Source: Nageia nagi (lineage: Eukaryota; Plantae; Pinophyta). From it: a stretch of 64,000 nucleotides of DNA. The position numbers and the translations under genes were made by a program. Position 1 is the first letter of the stretch. Every line of letters starts with the position of its first letter. Where the stretch lies: NCBI GenBank assembly GCA_050084985.1, contig JBITNC010000001.1, positions 130,324,001 through 130,388,000 of the forward strand, given 5' to 3'. Under the pieces are notes generated by a model, which worked only from the letters and a program-made list of their open reading frames with translations, had not been told where the DNA came from and did not search any database. Below, piece by piece: positions 13,214 to 27,004 of this stretch.

Positions 13214-15260
13214 CTAAATTTGGTGACATAGTGGTTCAGGAAGAGCGACAATTCAAGCCTCGCCAGATTAGATCCGGGGCACAATATCGCACCTCCTCCA
13301 AACGGTGTAAACAATGGGTTATTTGGAACGTCCTGAGGAGGCAATAGACAAGTAAAAAATTATTCTTTCAAATAAGAGTTTTCATTCTTATTTTCAAGAA
13401 AATTTCTCTAGTTTTAAGAGGCTTACTTGTTTAGATTCTTCCCAACGCCATGGATTGAACTCCAGGGCTTAACAGTGGTGTTTCTAGTCCGTGTGAACAG
13501 CAGACACATACAATACGATAGTTGAACCTTGGGGAATTTGGAAACCTTAACAAGAGGCCCAAGAATAGTTTTGATCAATATAATTCGGTCGAAAATTGAA
13601 TAGCAACTAATTTTTAAACATGATTCGATTTCCTGTTTCCTCACCTGCTAAGTTCACATCTTGCTTTGCTTCTCGGTACAACAAAGGCGCAACGCTGGCC
13701 ATGCGTAAGACCTCGTTGGCAATCTGTTCATAACAGGAATTTTTATGGTTACCTGAAAGCTGTGCATTGGGCAAATGTTTCAGGAAAAAACTCTACTTAC
13801 GCATTGAGTGAATTTCATTGATTTGTAATCTTGTGGTTGCCTTCCGTTTTTCCTTTGAGAAAGCTGTCGTGCTCATCCTGTAGACCACGAAAACATATTT
13901 CTTCAAGAAACGGACTGCAATTTAATATGAGCTTATAACCAGGAACTTACTTGCAGTTGTTTCAATGCTTGAGGACACTCTGTAAGAAACTTGATGCTCA
14001 TTGCCATGGTCCGAGAGGTGGTCTCGTGGCCGGCGAAAAGAAGAAACAGAAGCGTATCAGCCACGAATTCGTCCGAGAGAACAGGCTTCTCGCTTAGAAT
14101 TTCGCCAATAGGTCATTATGGACAACTTGAGGCTGTCTTCTTCTCTCTTTTATAATTTCGTGTATCTTTTTTATCAGATATTCCCTTGCCTGTTGAATTT
14201 GTGAAGAACAAATGATAATCTCAATGATTTTATTAAAGAAACTAAAATTGAATGCCTGAAGAAGATGATCACCTTGATTCCTTTAGCAAAGCTGTGCCAG
14301 GAATTCGACCAGGAACAGACAGAACTGCCTGCGAAAAGTTGCAAAACTGGTTTCTGATGTCCTCTGTTCCTTGGGAATGGGATAAATCCAGCAATTGCTT
14401 TGCCATGAGATCCAAACCAAACTGCTCCCACAAACAAAATACCATCGCAGAAACAATTAAGAATCCGCTAATAAGACAAGATAAAACTACTTTAAAGACC
14501 AAAACTCCCATTGAAAGCTTTGAAGATTGAAGCATGCAAATAAATAATAAAAGAAAAGTTGTTCTAAACATGCCTGATGGCACTCATCTTCTAGCTTGAT
14601 CTCTTTTCCGTGCCAATTGGACATAGCATTTGTAAGGACAACCTGGATAGCATCTATGAAATGTGTAGACAATTTATCGTTATTAAGTAAATTTGCTGCT
14701 ACTGCATTATATTACCTATGAAGATCTCCCTGGAGTTCATGCAAAGCATATTTCCCAATCAGGTCTTTGTAGGATTGTGGGTGGTGAGTCTGAAACAGCC
14801 TACCCTCGTTCTGCAGCACAAATTTGTTAACCTCAGGATTGACAGAGACAATGATCTGTCGTCCAAATATGTTGGAGGAGAAGATGTCCCCGTATCTGAC
14901 ATCAATTTTAGCACACAAATGTGAATCCATGGTTATGAGCTTCAGGGAAATTTTCAATTTTGGTAATTTCATGAACTTACAGGGGTATTTTAGTAAGTTT
15001 TCCTAAATTATACAATCATATGCAGCTACTTACCGGCTCTGTCGGTCGGCAATGAATTTTTGCGGATGAAAGGTGGATTTGAGAGACAGATAAAAGTCGA
15101 TTGTCTCTCCGATGAGAGGCCATCCCAAGGATCCCGGAGGCAGTTTGTACAGGCGGCCCTCCCTGATAACATAGGGGGTTTTGGACCTCCTATTTAGGCA
15201 GAGCGCTAATATTGCTAATGATATAACACCTAACAACACAAACATAGTAAGGTGTTCCAT
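13214..15260 (-). pseudogene. CYP720B: Cytochrome P450, CYP85 clan, CYP720B-like (abietadienol/abietadienal oxidase-like) pseudogene
   Basis: Exons 15260-15034, 14895-14574, 14421-14273, 14189-13951, 13877-13801, 13723-13645, 13545-13427, 13332-13214. Motifs: N-terminal TM, LPPGSLGWPLIGET, VLQNEGRLF, LMAKQLLDLS, I-helix FAGHETTS, ExxR (EVLR), FNPWRW, heme [11 protein letters not shown]. Lesions: TAA 14714-14712; 1-bp deletions in exon 3 (149 bp) and exon 4 (239 bp); frameshifting deletion in exon 5 (77 bp); TAG 13486-13484; TAA 13471-13469. Subfamily assigned from remembered motifs. Confidence 0.93.
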
Positions 15261-16296
15261 TGAAGGGACTTTGATCACACAAATCAGAGTTCGGGAACAG
15301 GAAACTCTGCACAATGTGTTTTCTTCTATGAAGTTTGCGGTAATATTGAAGCTTTTAGAAGATATTAGATGTGTAATAAGATCTCTTGATTTCTGTGCGA
15401 AGGGCTAAGTGGGGTATTTAGAATAGATAAATTGTATTTACCAATTCAAGGTCTTACAAGGAAAATTGTGTCTACTAAAACAACAGAAGAGAAATAATTT
15501 TATATTTCCCCGACACGCATGGTATGCATCTACTAGTATTTTTATATGCAGATAGAGACGATAATTATTGGACTTTTGTCCCTAAAAAAGACAAAAAGAG
15601 GAGACAGGAATATTCGTACAGAGCTGACATAGAATCGTTCTCTTATAAGGATAAAATTAATTTTTATGTATATTATAAAAAAAAATTATTATTTATGGGT
15701 GCATGTTAGAGGAGTTAGTGGGTAGTAATGTAAGTTTCATGTTTAAATCTTTAGTATCTTTTAACAAGTTGCTTATAACTTAAGATTTTGCGGGTGGATA
15801 TGGTAGAGATGAGTCTCCAATAAATTTCATAGAATAGAAACCATTTGATTATGACAATTAATGTAAAGTAAATCTTTGTAAAAAAAATGGTTTCTCAACA
15901 CTATATATATATATACATTTAAATTTATTATTTTTATATCATATTTTATATTGATTTCATATATTAAATAGATAGTATCTTTACATATTTATATTATATC
16001 TCATAGTTTAGACAATTATATTTAATGTAGAAGATTTTATGTTGTTTTTAATATTTTTGATAATTTAAGTTTATTGATATTATACGTGGTTGTAAATTTT
16101 ACTTGTAGCATGTTATATCTTGTATATTATTTTATGATTATATGTTATATGTTAAATTTTATCTATTTAAATATTTTTCAACCATATGTTAAAAGATTTT
16201 AGATTTTTCATTGAACAAATTAGGGTGAATATTTAATAGTATATTGGTGTATTATCCTAAAAAATATCAAATGAATAGTTAGCCAATTTATGGAAG

Positions 16297-16576
16297 CTTA
16301 CCAGCAATTGTGAGGGGAGTTGTTGAGAAAGCGGGTTGTTAAAACTTCCAAGTCGAAAAAGGGAGGCCCTAAGTTCAAATCTCTCTCCCTCACATGTATT
16401 GTATCTAAAATCCTATCAAGTTACGGTAGGTACGGATGAGGCGAGGATCATGCCCCCGATGGATTTTGACAGCGTGGATGCCCCTTAGTCGTTGGCTCGA
16501 AGCCTAAGATAAATGGTGCCCTTTATCAGGGGGAAAAAATTCTTCCTCATGAGATGTTTTATCCAACAAAAAAAAA
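16297..16576 (+). mobile_element. tRNA-derived SINE (~280 bp)
   Basis: 9-bp TSD TTATGGAAG (16288-16296 and 16577-16585). B-box-like GTTCAAATC at 16373-16381. A-tail 16568-16576. CpG-rich. Absent from the paralogous site at ~51620-51645. Confidence 0.85.
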
Positions 16577-18779
16577 TTATGGAAGATTTTACCTATCTTT
16601 AAGAGTTTTGAAATACAAATTACCATCATCTGACATTGCATGCCTTTTTACAATATAATACCACCATGCAATACACATGATAGATGAAAGGTGAAAGATG
16701 AAATTCCATGCCATCACAACATGTAAGTATATTTATGCAATTTTATTTATTATAAATATATTTATATTCATCCTACATTAATCTATGAGTGAGATGAGAG
16801 GAGCACAAAATCTAAGAACAACCAAAGACTATGTCAAAGAAATGGAAAATGATATACAAAGTAAAATGCAAGCAATTAAGATAGTATGAAGATATGTTAT
16901 CTTGTATCCTAATAGCTTGATAAAATTAGTTGATGATAAAAAAATAGGCTAGTAACTTATAAATATTAATTTTAACCTTAATATTAATTGATATAATTTT
17001 TATTGAACCATTTTTTTTTAATTTGTGGCTTGTTATATAATATTGAACAAGTATTTGATTATATATTATTATTATCTTAACTATTTTAATAAGAAAGTTC
17101 AATCATGATATCTATCTATTGAGGTTTTTAAAAATTTATTATACTTACTAAGGCTCCAACATTTAAGTTTTTATATTGTATCTTTCATGAATGCTTCATA
17201 TATGACCTCTTTATATGCTTCAGAAATTTTGAATAATTCATATCATGAAATATTTAGTTGAGTGTTCTTTATTTGATCAATGTGACTATATTATTTTCAA
17301 TCAAGTGATATTTGTATCCTCTCATTTTAATTATATTTATAATAGATTTTGGCCTTCATCTTATTATGTGAGCTTAACCATCTTAGTTTAGGATATTTAC
17401 CCCATACAAATTGTCAAAATAATACTCCATGAACATGGCAATATATTTTATGATTTTATTTTGAACTATTTTTGGATGCACATATTTTTCTTTATTTCTT
17501 ATTGTTGAATTTTATTACTTAATTTATTACATTGATTTGTTGTGTATCCCTTAATTTGATGATAAGCACAATATGATTACTCCTTGTATCATACCAATGT
17601 TTTTGCATTGTTATTATCTTGACCCTTCTTAGGTGGTAAAGTGATCAACTATTCTTGTAATTGATGTCTATTAGGATATAATATATATGAATAGGGAATA
17701 TGATTTTTAGGATGTTTTTAAGTTTAAGAGCTTATTAATGTTGGTTGAGCATTTATTTTTTTGCATTTAGTATTTTCTTATTTTTATTATTGGTTGGATA
17801 AGAATATTTATTAATTTATCCATTATGAATTTTATATTTATTTTTTATTAATGTTAAAAATAAGGGTTGCATATTCTTTACAACCTTTTATCTTATGGAT
17901 TCTTTTATTGATAAATTCGATAATAAGAAATTTCTTTTTTAGGAATTATATTTACCTCGAAAAGCCTTAAGTCTACAACATGGGTTTGATGTTTGAAATT
18001 ATTGTAGTAATTAATAATAAAAGTTTGAAACATTGGCCTCAAGTTTGAAAATATTTTTACGTCCCAAAAATGAAATTTTCCTCTAAGAAAAGGTATCTAC
18101 CATGACAACTTATGGAAAAATATATAGGCTAATAGAGATCAAATGACTCTACCCCATAAGAGTGTTAAGAAAAGAGAACCCTCCTAATGCACAAACTTTG
18201 AAATATGGGTGAGTGTTGACAAGTGGGATGTAACCATGTGTGATGAAGCTCATCTTCTAGCCAAGAATTCAATGGAGAACAAGTTCCCCATCCATTAAAA
18301 TTAGTAATCCCATACTTTCTCCAACTTTGCATGGAGTGCCTCAGATTTGTTAAGTTCATACTTGCTTCAACTATGTAAGAGTGCTCCAAAATTTTCAAGT
18401 CGGTACTTTCTCATACTCTCTAAGCAGTGAATCATTTGATTGTAGGTCAAAATTATGAGAAAGGGAGGGAAATGATAGGAAATAAATAAAAAAAATAAAG
18501 GCAAAAATGCATGAAAATAACATTCTTGATAGTGTGAATCATTCGCCAAATAGCTATAATTCGAGATTTCATTTTTTAGATTTGGTTATAAAGGCAGGTA
18601 CCACTTTCAAAATGTCCACCCTAAATGTATATTTTAGTTTCAATTTTTGGGAATATTTTCTTGGCCCCCGAATAAGTTTTTTAGAGGGTTTTCCTGGTCT
18701 ATACATGAGTTTTCAAAGATTTTTTCTTAAAATTATAAAATTAAAAAATAATCTCAAGATAATTAGCTCTTATGCATGA

Positions 18780-18817
<38 letters not shown>
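18780..18817. repeat. (CA)n(TA)n compound microsatellite
   Basis: About 14 AC units followed by TA units. Confidence 0.95.
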
Positions 18818-19224
18818 GTATGGAAATCAAATATTAGGGTTCTTATGTAATTGATTTCTTTTATATAGGGTTCTACAATGGAATGCCATAACCTTGTTAT
18901 TAGGATGTCATTAGATATCTGATGACATGTCATCTATAATTCAAATCATCTGATAAAATGCCATTTACATTATGACAAAATGACATAATACGTCTGTGGA
19001 GGAACAACATAAGAGGTGTACAACAAAATAACATAAAGGTATTAATGACATATAATCAGATATCTGATGGGATACCAAAAGGTAGAAATTTTTGAATTTA
19101 CTTTGATTCAAATTTTGTAGATGCAATCTAGACCAACCCACCAAGAATAATTCATTGGTTCAATAATCTTTTATAGATGTCTACTACAAAAGTCTTACAA
19201 TCTTCTTAGAAAAAAAGGTAAAGT

Positions 19225-19686
19225 GATATGCCAAGTGGACCTGACAATATGCCAACAATATTTGAGGACACTCCAATAGGTAAGATTCTTGAAATCTAGA
19301 TAGATGGCTTTAAGTGATTTAGATAAATTTTAAATGATGAACCATATTTTTGATAACATATTTATAATGCATTATTTCAAGATGTAGAAAGAATCTAGTA
19401 GAGGAAATAATGATAAAAAAGGGAGAAACTTCTTAAATAAAGCCTCAATAGATATGCCAAGTGGACCTAACAGTATGCCAACAATATTTGAGGACACTCC
19501 AATAGGTAAGATTCTTGAAATCTAGATAGATGGCTTTAAGTGATTTAGATAAATTTTAAATGATGAACCATAATTTTGATAACATATTTATAATGCATTA
19601 TTTCAAGATGTAGAAATAATCCAATAGAATAAATAATGATAAAAAAGGGAGAAACTTCTTAAATAAAGCCTCAATAGATACGCCAA
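19225..19686. repeat. 226-bp near-identical tandem duplication
   Basis: gatatgccaagtggacct at 19225 and 19451; third start gatacgccaa at 19677. Confidence 0.95.
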
Positions 19687-19879
19687 AATGAATGCAAGTA
19701 GCAAATGGCATGTCAATGGATTGAAAAGATGAAAAAGACCTCAACCTGATAGTGGACCTGATAGACATAGGAAGCCATGGAGACATTAAAAATGGAGAAA
19801 AGGTTCATCTACTTTATCTTGATGGTAAAATAGTGTGTTATGAAAATATCATGAATGATGATCTTGATGGAAAATGCCA

Positions 19880-20033
19880 TGGTAAGATCATTAGAGAGGG
19901 ACATGTTTTAATACAAGTGATGGCTTCACAGATCAATGACTACTTGCTACCCATACTGGTAAGATCATTAAAGAGGGACATGTTTTAATACAAGTGATGG
20001 CTTCAGAGATCAATGACTACTTGCTACCCATAC
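19880..20033. repeat. 77-bp tandem duplication
   Basis: ggtaagatcatta.agagggacatgttttaatacaagtgatggcttca.agatcaatgactacttgctacccatac at 19881 and 19958. Confidence 0.95.
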
Positions 20034-20879
20034 CCAATGGAGATGTTACTACAATTGAACAAGCTATTGGGGGCTTTATGATATGGGAAACTAAATTATT
20101 ACAAATTTATTAGAAATTTTCAAGTTCATATATGGTGAATTTGATCTCCCTTTTATCTTATTGGTATCATTTTCATGCTATATTTTCACATTCTATTGAT
20201 AGAATATAGGATAATTATGGATAATTCTTTGGTTTTATATTATAGATGGAATTTGATGAAAATGCTCAACAAAAATACCAAGAGGAGCTAAGAACATGCT
20301 AAGTGAACCACATGAAAAGAGGCTAAAAATTTAAAAATCTATATTACTTCAACTACCTTGGATGAAAGGACACTCCATAGTTTTCATAATCTATTGATAC
20401 TACATTGTTTTAATATGTATATTCTTAGAAGAGTGAAGGATGGTAAAATGTGAGACCAAACTTCTTAGAAAAAGGCATAACAAAAAATTCAATCATATTT
20501 TAGAAATCCTCAAAAAAAGACTAAAAAATCATTTGAAGGTACAACTACTCATGTCTATTAATTTTGTTATGATTTTGTTATATGATATTGAAAAAAGATT
20601 CTTGGTGGTTAGATATTTTTAGCAATAAAAACATACAACTTGTAGAAAATCAAGCTGCTAGAGCTTCAACAAGTAATGAATTGATTGATGATGAGATGCT
20701 TCAAAAGAGTGATTTTGACCAAGAAATGCAACCCTCAAATTTAAATAATGAAGAAATGAAATCTATAATGGTGGTTTATGAACCACCCTCTGAACATCAA
20801 CCATAAAATTCCAAATCTAAGGTAGAATCTAATATACATAAGAGCTCAAGAAAACATCCAAGAACTAACTCCTAGACTA

Positions 20880-23060
20880 AAGGTAGGACATTTCAAGGTC
20901 ATTGGTCTTCATCTTATACAATCATTGAACTAGTTCTAATGGAGGATGATATTCCATCAATAGAATTTAAATGTAATATTTGTAGTTGGAAATAAAAAAA
21001 GGAACACACAATGTAATTAAAAAAAGATATAGTCAAAAAACATATTGGCAAGAGACATTTGAAACAAATACATAGGATGGATCTGTAAAACAAATAATAT
21101 TTTAGAAGGATAAAAAGAAGGTTGAACACTATAAAAATGAAGAAGAGTACATCAAGTTTGAGCTTGAGATGAAAAAAATTATGTGAATGGAGGTACAATT
21201 AAATCTAAATTTGGAAACACAATGACATCTTATTTCCTTGCAAAATCTATACATATTTTATTTGTGTTTGAATTGCTTAATCATGGTCGACCAATTACAG
21301 AATTTTTCTAAATGAAAGATTTTTGAAACAAGTATGACTCCACTATTTTCCAAATACACATTGGTCTGAGTATAGTGCATGGGAAATGGCCAAATGTCTA
21401 GCTACTATTGAGATAATAAAGTTAAAGGAGAAATTCAAGCTGTCTCAATTTAAATAGATATCAATTGATGAGGTAACAACAATTGATAATACATCTTGTG
21501 TATGTACTCATATTTTCACATTTATAGAAAATTGTAGGTTATCTCATCTTCTTAGTTTGGAGAAAATGAAGTATGGTTGTAATGCAAAAAATCTTTTCAA
21601 TTTAGTTATGAAAAGTTTGAGGGATACTACAAGAATGAGTGATTATGATATTGGAACAAAGTTGGTGTGCTTTGGAGTTGATGGATCACTTGTTATGCAT
21701 GGATACAAGATAAGTCTATGTATTCAAATTCGATAATTTATTGCTCATTACATGATTCCAATACATCGCATGATCCAAAGAATAAATGTAGCATTCAAGA
21801 TTGTTAACAATTGTAATAAGGTTGCAAAGGTCAAAATGCTTGTTTATGAAATACATAATTATTTTATAAATAGCCCAAATATATTCATGGAATTTCAAAA
21901 ATTTGTAGGAGAAGATAAAAAAACCAAAAAGGTTTTCAAAGATATTAATACAAGATGATTTCCTAACATAAACCAACTACTAGAGTGTTAGAATAATATC
22001 AAAATTTGACAAGATTAATGTGGAAAAATAGATATGACATTGATAGGTCAAATGATTCAGTTCAATGTTTGAAATATTTTTGTACATTACTTACATTATG
22101 CAAAATGATTCCCATTTTGGAATCACTTGAAACTTTGGTGAAAATAACCTAGAAAAGATATTTGTACATAGCATACTTTGTTAGACAATAGAAACATGTT
22201 TGTATGGCATTAGATTGTATGTTCACTAATATTGAAAGTTTTACTAGACCTAGATTTGAGAAATGATCAATTCTGACAAAGTTTAAGGATCCTAAATTTT
22301 TGTTCAAAATGAATATTTTTGGTGAAATTTTTATAAAAATTGATGATTTGGAAGTGCCTATGTATGATATTTAGATAACTTTTGGTTTCCTTGAAAGTGT
22401 TGAAAAGGCTCTTACATAACTAATAATTTATGTGGTAGTTATCAACATCAAGAGAGATCTAAGGAAGATCCCTAATTATTTATCAACAAAAATTAGAAAA
22501 AGGTTCAGTAATGAACCAAAAATTGAAGCCATGGCTATTGTTAATCCTGCATTTTGGTAGAGTCATATTGATAAAGTTGAGTTAGGAGGATGTTTTGCAA
22601 TCCACGTTGGAACTATGATGAAGCATTTTTGTAAGGATGTTAATTTAACATCTTTGGAAGTAGAAGGGGTCACAATCCTAAGGATTACAAACAGGAAATT
22701 ATTTTCATTGCAATCATATGATTTTTCATACACAATGAGAGAACAAAAAAGAAAGTTTGGCGAATCAAATTGCAATGAAATTGGTGTAGTTATCCTTGTA
22801 TGGAGGGACCTATATTTAAATAATATTCAAAGGGAATTGATAAGGGAATATTTTAGGTTGTATGAGCTATTCCGTACAATGATAATTAGGTCTGTAGAAG
22901 ATGAGAGAGTTTTCAGTGCATTACAATTTATGAAAATTAAAGTTCAAAATAGATTAGATAAGAAATTAGAAAATTTCTTGAGGTTACATGTTTCATAGTA
23001 CAAAGTTAACATATTTCGTTATGATAGAGCAATAGTAGTTCAAAATTCACTTGTAGGAAG
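20880..23060 (+). mobile_element. Degenerate hAT-superfamily transposase (ZNF862-like)
   Basis: Fragments SIDEVTTIDNTS (first catalytic D), KLVCFGVDG, H..IQRINVAF (CxxH region) and C-terminal SVEDERVFSALQFMKIKVQNRL (hAT dimerisation motif) in ORF 22615-22998. Many stops and frameshifts; element termini not found. Confidence 0.85.
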
Positions 23061-24099
23061 AAGAAGTATTGAAAATAATACAACTATGGGTGAATCCATA
23101 GCCTCTCAAAAATCAAAAGTTGAAAACAGTGCTAAGATTTCTATTTCTAAAGATATGTCATATCACATTGATCAAGATGTGTTTCATGTTCCAAAATCTC
23201 TTTAAGCATTAATAGTTATTTATTAGTTAGTTTTAGTAAGGTATTATATTGTACCTAAAATTGATTAAGTAATCTATTACTGATGAAATGAAGGATGGAG
23301 GCAGATGTACCTTTATTTTATCTTCCAAATAATTTTAGCCATTGATGATTAGGTTATTTTACTATTAATGTTACTGGTCTTTGTTCATTCAATCTTTTTG
23401 TATACTATAATAGATATTTATATTTTGTATATTGATTTTAGACTTAGTTCGTAAATGAATACTGAATTTATGATTATACTCATATACTATATTAAAAATG
23501 ATATGTGATTTGGAAATTAGGATGTATGTTGAAACATTCAATTTTAAGCTCTAACTTGTTATGATGAATTCCTAAAGAGTTTATTTTGTTTCCTCATAAC
23601 TACTTTCATGAATGAACATTTAGGATTTATCAATTTATCATAAGATACATATCGATTCATCATCAATGAATTGACTATTTGACATATAAGACTTTATCTA
23701 TCAATCATCTCCATTTTGGCGATGCATAATCTTTTGTTTAATGATCTAACATTTTCACTAAAAGAAAATGGAGACATCCATAACACCATTTACAAATATC
23801 AAACATCATATATTATTAATCATTCTAAGTTTTATATATCGAATCAGAATTTTTAATTACCATACATTATCAACTATTTACACACATCATTCAATTCAAG
23901 TAAAATAATTTTTCATGATAAAAAAAATCTAAATCTCAAGTAACAAAAAGGATTTATATATATTAATATGTGTTTGTCATCATACAAAAAAAGATGCATC
24001 ATACATCCATACCATGCAAAAAAAATACATTATCCGATTGATATTAAATATTCATATACAAAATATAAAAAGTAATATCTTCCATCCAACATTAAACAT

Positions 24100-26650
24100 T
24101 AAACATTTATTTCTTGAGTTGATAATTGATTCATAAATTGAGTATTTGAAATATCTATCTACATTGGCTAAGATTAAGGTTGAGGCACCAGAGGTAGATT
24201 ACCCATATTTGCTAAATCTTCACTAACGTCTTGTATAATCTTCAACAACAAAGCTTCCTCTTTGGTGACATCTTCTAAAGTGGGCATGCATTATGGATTC
24301 TCAAGTTTATATTTTTCAAGGATATAATAGTCAAAGTGATGTTCTTTAATAAGTTTCTTGATAATTTTATTTTCTCTCTCAATCTTTTCCATTCTATCTT
24401 TGGCTTTGGTAGCCTTTAACAACTTTTGTTGTGCAATCTCCATGTGAATCAATAGAACTTGTGCTTTACTTTTGAAAAGTTCATATTTTTCCTAAAATAG
24501 AAATCACTATATATCAAAAAAATATTAAAATTTTTTAATGATATATTCATCATAAATAAAAGTATATAATATAAACTTACTTCAGCCTCATGCTATAGAG
24601 CTATTGCCTTGGTCATTTCAATATTTGCATATGACCATTTGTTGAAGTAAGCATGTGCCTTTGAGTTTAGATTTCCAAATTTTGTCAACACTTAAAATAA
24701 ATGTCATCCTAATATTTATTTTTTCTATTGAAGGAACCTTCAATAACACTTTTGGACAAATTATCATTCTCTTCTTCATCATCTACAACAAATAGTTGTT
24801 GTTTGTTGCAATGAATTTTAAATTTTCATTTGTTTCTTTGATAAGAGCCTTGTTCCTAAACTCCTATGTTGTTAAATCCTTGAATCATTTCACATTATTC
24901 TTGATATTTGATTATGGATTTATTTCTTCCAAATTATTTAAATAAAAACCTAATTTATGACAAGTTCCCTTTTCACTACATGCATTCTATGTGACCTCCA
25001 AATGGACAACTTTAGGTTCATCATGTGCTTTATCTTTAATCTCATTCTCTTGTAGTTGATGCTAATGTTGGGTTCCATTGTTGACACTGACTAACTCATC
25101 GATGTCACCAAAATTAGTCCTATCCAAATCATATACTCTATCCATACTTCTAGGAATTCCATAAGAGACATCTACAAATTCCATTTGTGATGGAATCGTC
25201 TATGAAATTTTTATTAACTTCATAAAATGGGATATCATTGATGCATATCTACCCTTCTATCATTAAGGTGCATGAGGTATTGGAAATATAAGATCTGTAA
25301 AATACAAAAGATTATTTTAGTGATGGGTTATCAAGTATAACCTAATAAGGCTATAAATCAATATTGATGAATCGACATATACTTGTTGATAACTTGATAT
25401 ATATATCTAAAAATAATATGATATATACATGTTGATGAATCAACATATCTTTATAAATGATTATGTAAACTTACCATAACTGACATTCTTTGTTGGGAAA
25501 GTACCATTGGGGTTGGTAGAAAGGATAAGGGGTTTTGAATTTGAAAACATATGCCTAGATGAAATTGTATTAGACACACTTTTCTCTTTAGCTCTAACAT
25601 TACTTACTATCAGACATTCTCCATCCATATATGACTGATCATTAGACTCATCAGATATTTCCTCTACACAATATTTATTTGAGAGTGAAAATCTTATTTT
25701 CATAGATTTAATGTACATGCTCTATAAAAATAATAAACCAAATAGTATTAAAATGGTATTGAAAGTGAATAGAAATATATGACTCGAGTTTGATAAAAAA
25801 ACTATACCCTAAACTCATCATCTATCATACCAAAGGATTTCATTATACCGTGAAGATAATTTGGCTTATTAGAACTCATCGTGACTAGAGTTAGAATATT
25901 TACAACTTTATGATACAATACCAGTATATAGTTTGACATATGCAAAGTAGCTTTAGTTGATATTTGATCTATTACTAGTTCATGTGTAATTTTGATCAAA
26001 ATATAGGTACACTAGTCGAACCTATTCCCACATAAGAAATAGATAAATCAAGAAACTACCCAAAATGAACAATCAATCCTCACATATGAACTCTTCATTC
26101 CCATTGTAGATGTTCTCATACCAGTTGTAGGATAAAAAAAAAACCAAAAAAGTGTGTTAAGAACTTTTATTTACAAAAGAAATAAACAAGAAAAAGATTT
26201 GGAGTAAAACACAAATTACTTATGTGCACTAAAATCAACATGAAAGTTGGACTCCAAATAGTTTTTTTCATCATTACTCAATGGAGCATGATTGCCAATA
26301 GCCTCCACATCCTAGTACAAAAGACTCGTAATATAGTGTAGGAGAAATACTAATATGGTAGCTTTTTTTGCCCTCATAAATAATGGCAATTTTGGATAAC
26401 CTTAGATCATAAATATCAATCAAAGTAGCTAACAAATCATTATCCATTAAGAAATGAGGCATTTATATTAGGCCTTCAATCTAGGTTCCTAGACATAAGA
26501 CGTATCAATGATTGATGTAGTTAATAGCATCTCTTTCAATGCAGTTATCAGTGAATTCTTGAAAGTGAGCTTTAGCCTCATACTTCCTTGTATTATTTGG
26601 GTTGAACTTGATACGGTATTAGTATAGTAAAATGTTGAGGCATACATTGA
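24100..26650 (-). pseudogene. Multi-exon gene relic convergent with the hAT transposase, product unknown
   Basis: Minus-strand GTAAGT donors (acttac at ~24575 and ~25469) and T-rich acceptors (~24492, ~25295, ~25721) flank more coding-like blocks (ORF pieces 25461-25718, 25802-25999, 26274-26462). Confidence 0.4.
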
Positions 26651-26687
26651 ATGGATAGCCCAAAGAAGAAATATAATCTGAGGCTAA

Positions 26688-26875
26688 AGAGTGAAAATAG
26701 GATGGCTCATTGAAATGAGGTGTGTAATGAATAGAGGGCCCAAGGGGGCTATCTAAATAAAGACAATAGAGTGAAAACAAGATGACTCATTGAAATGATA
26801 CATACAATGAATAGAGGGCCTAGGGAGGCTATCTAAATAGATGCTAGAGAGTAAAAATTAGGGTATCATTGAATA
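26688..26875. repeat. ~79-bp tandem repeat, about 2.4 copies
   Basis: agagtgaaaa..gatg.ctcattgaaatga....aatgaatagagggcc..ggg.ggctatctaaata repeated from 26688, 26768 and 26846. Confidence 0.85.
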
Positions 26876-27004
26876 GAAAAGGTCGAGACATAATGAAAAG
26901 AAGGAAAAAATGCACAAAAATGAGGGGGTTATCATATTTATATGGGCATCATTTAATATGTGTAGCTATTAATACATTAGGACCTGACTAGTTGACCATA
27001 TTTT

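Noticed and set aside
15261-15314. Upstream extension of P450 exon 1 in the ORF track
   Set aside because: It starts at a non-ATG codon; ATG at 15260 directly precedes the TM anchor.
14252-15408. Plus-strand ORFs 14252-14530, 14718-14924, 14824-15006 and 15181-15408
   Set aside because: Antisense shadows of the P450 exons.
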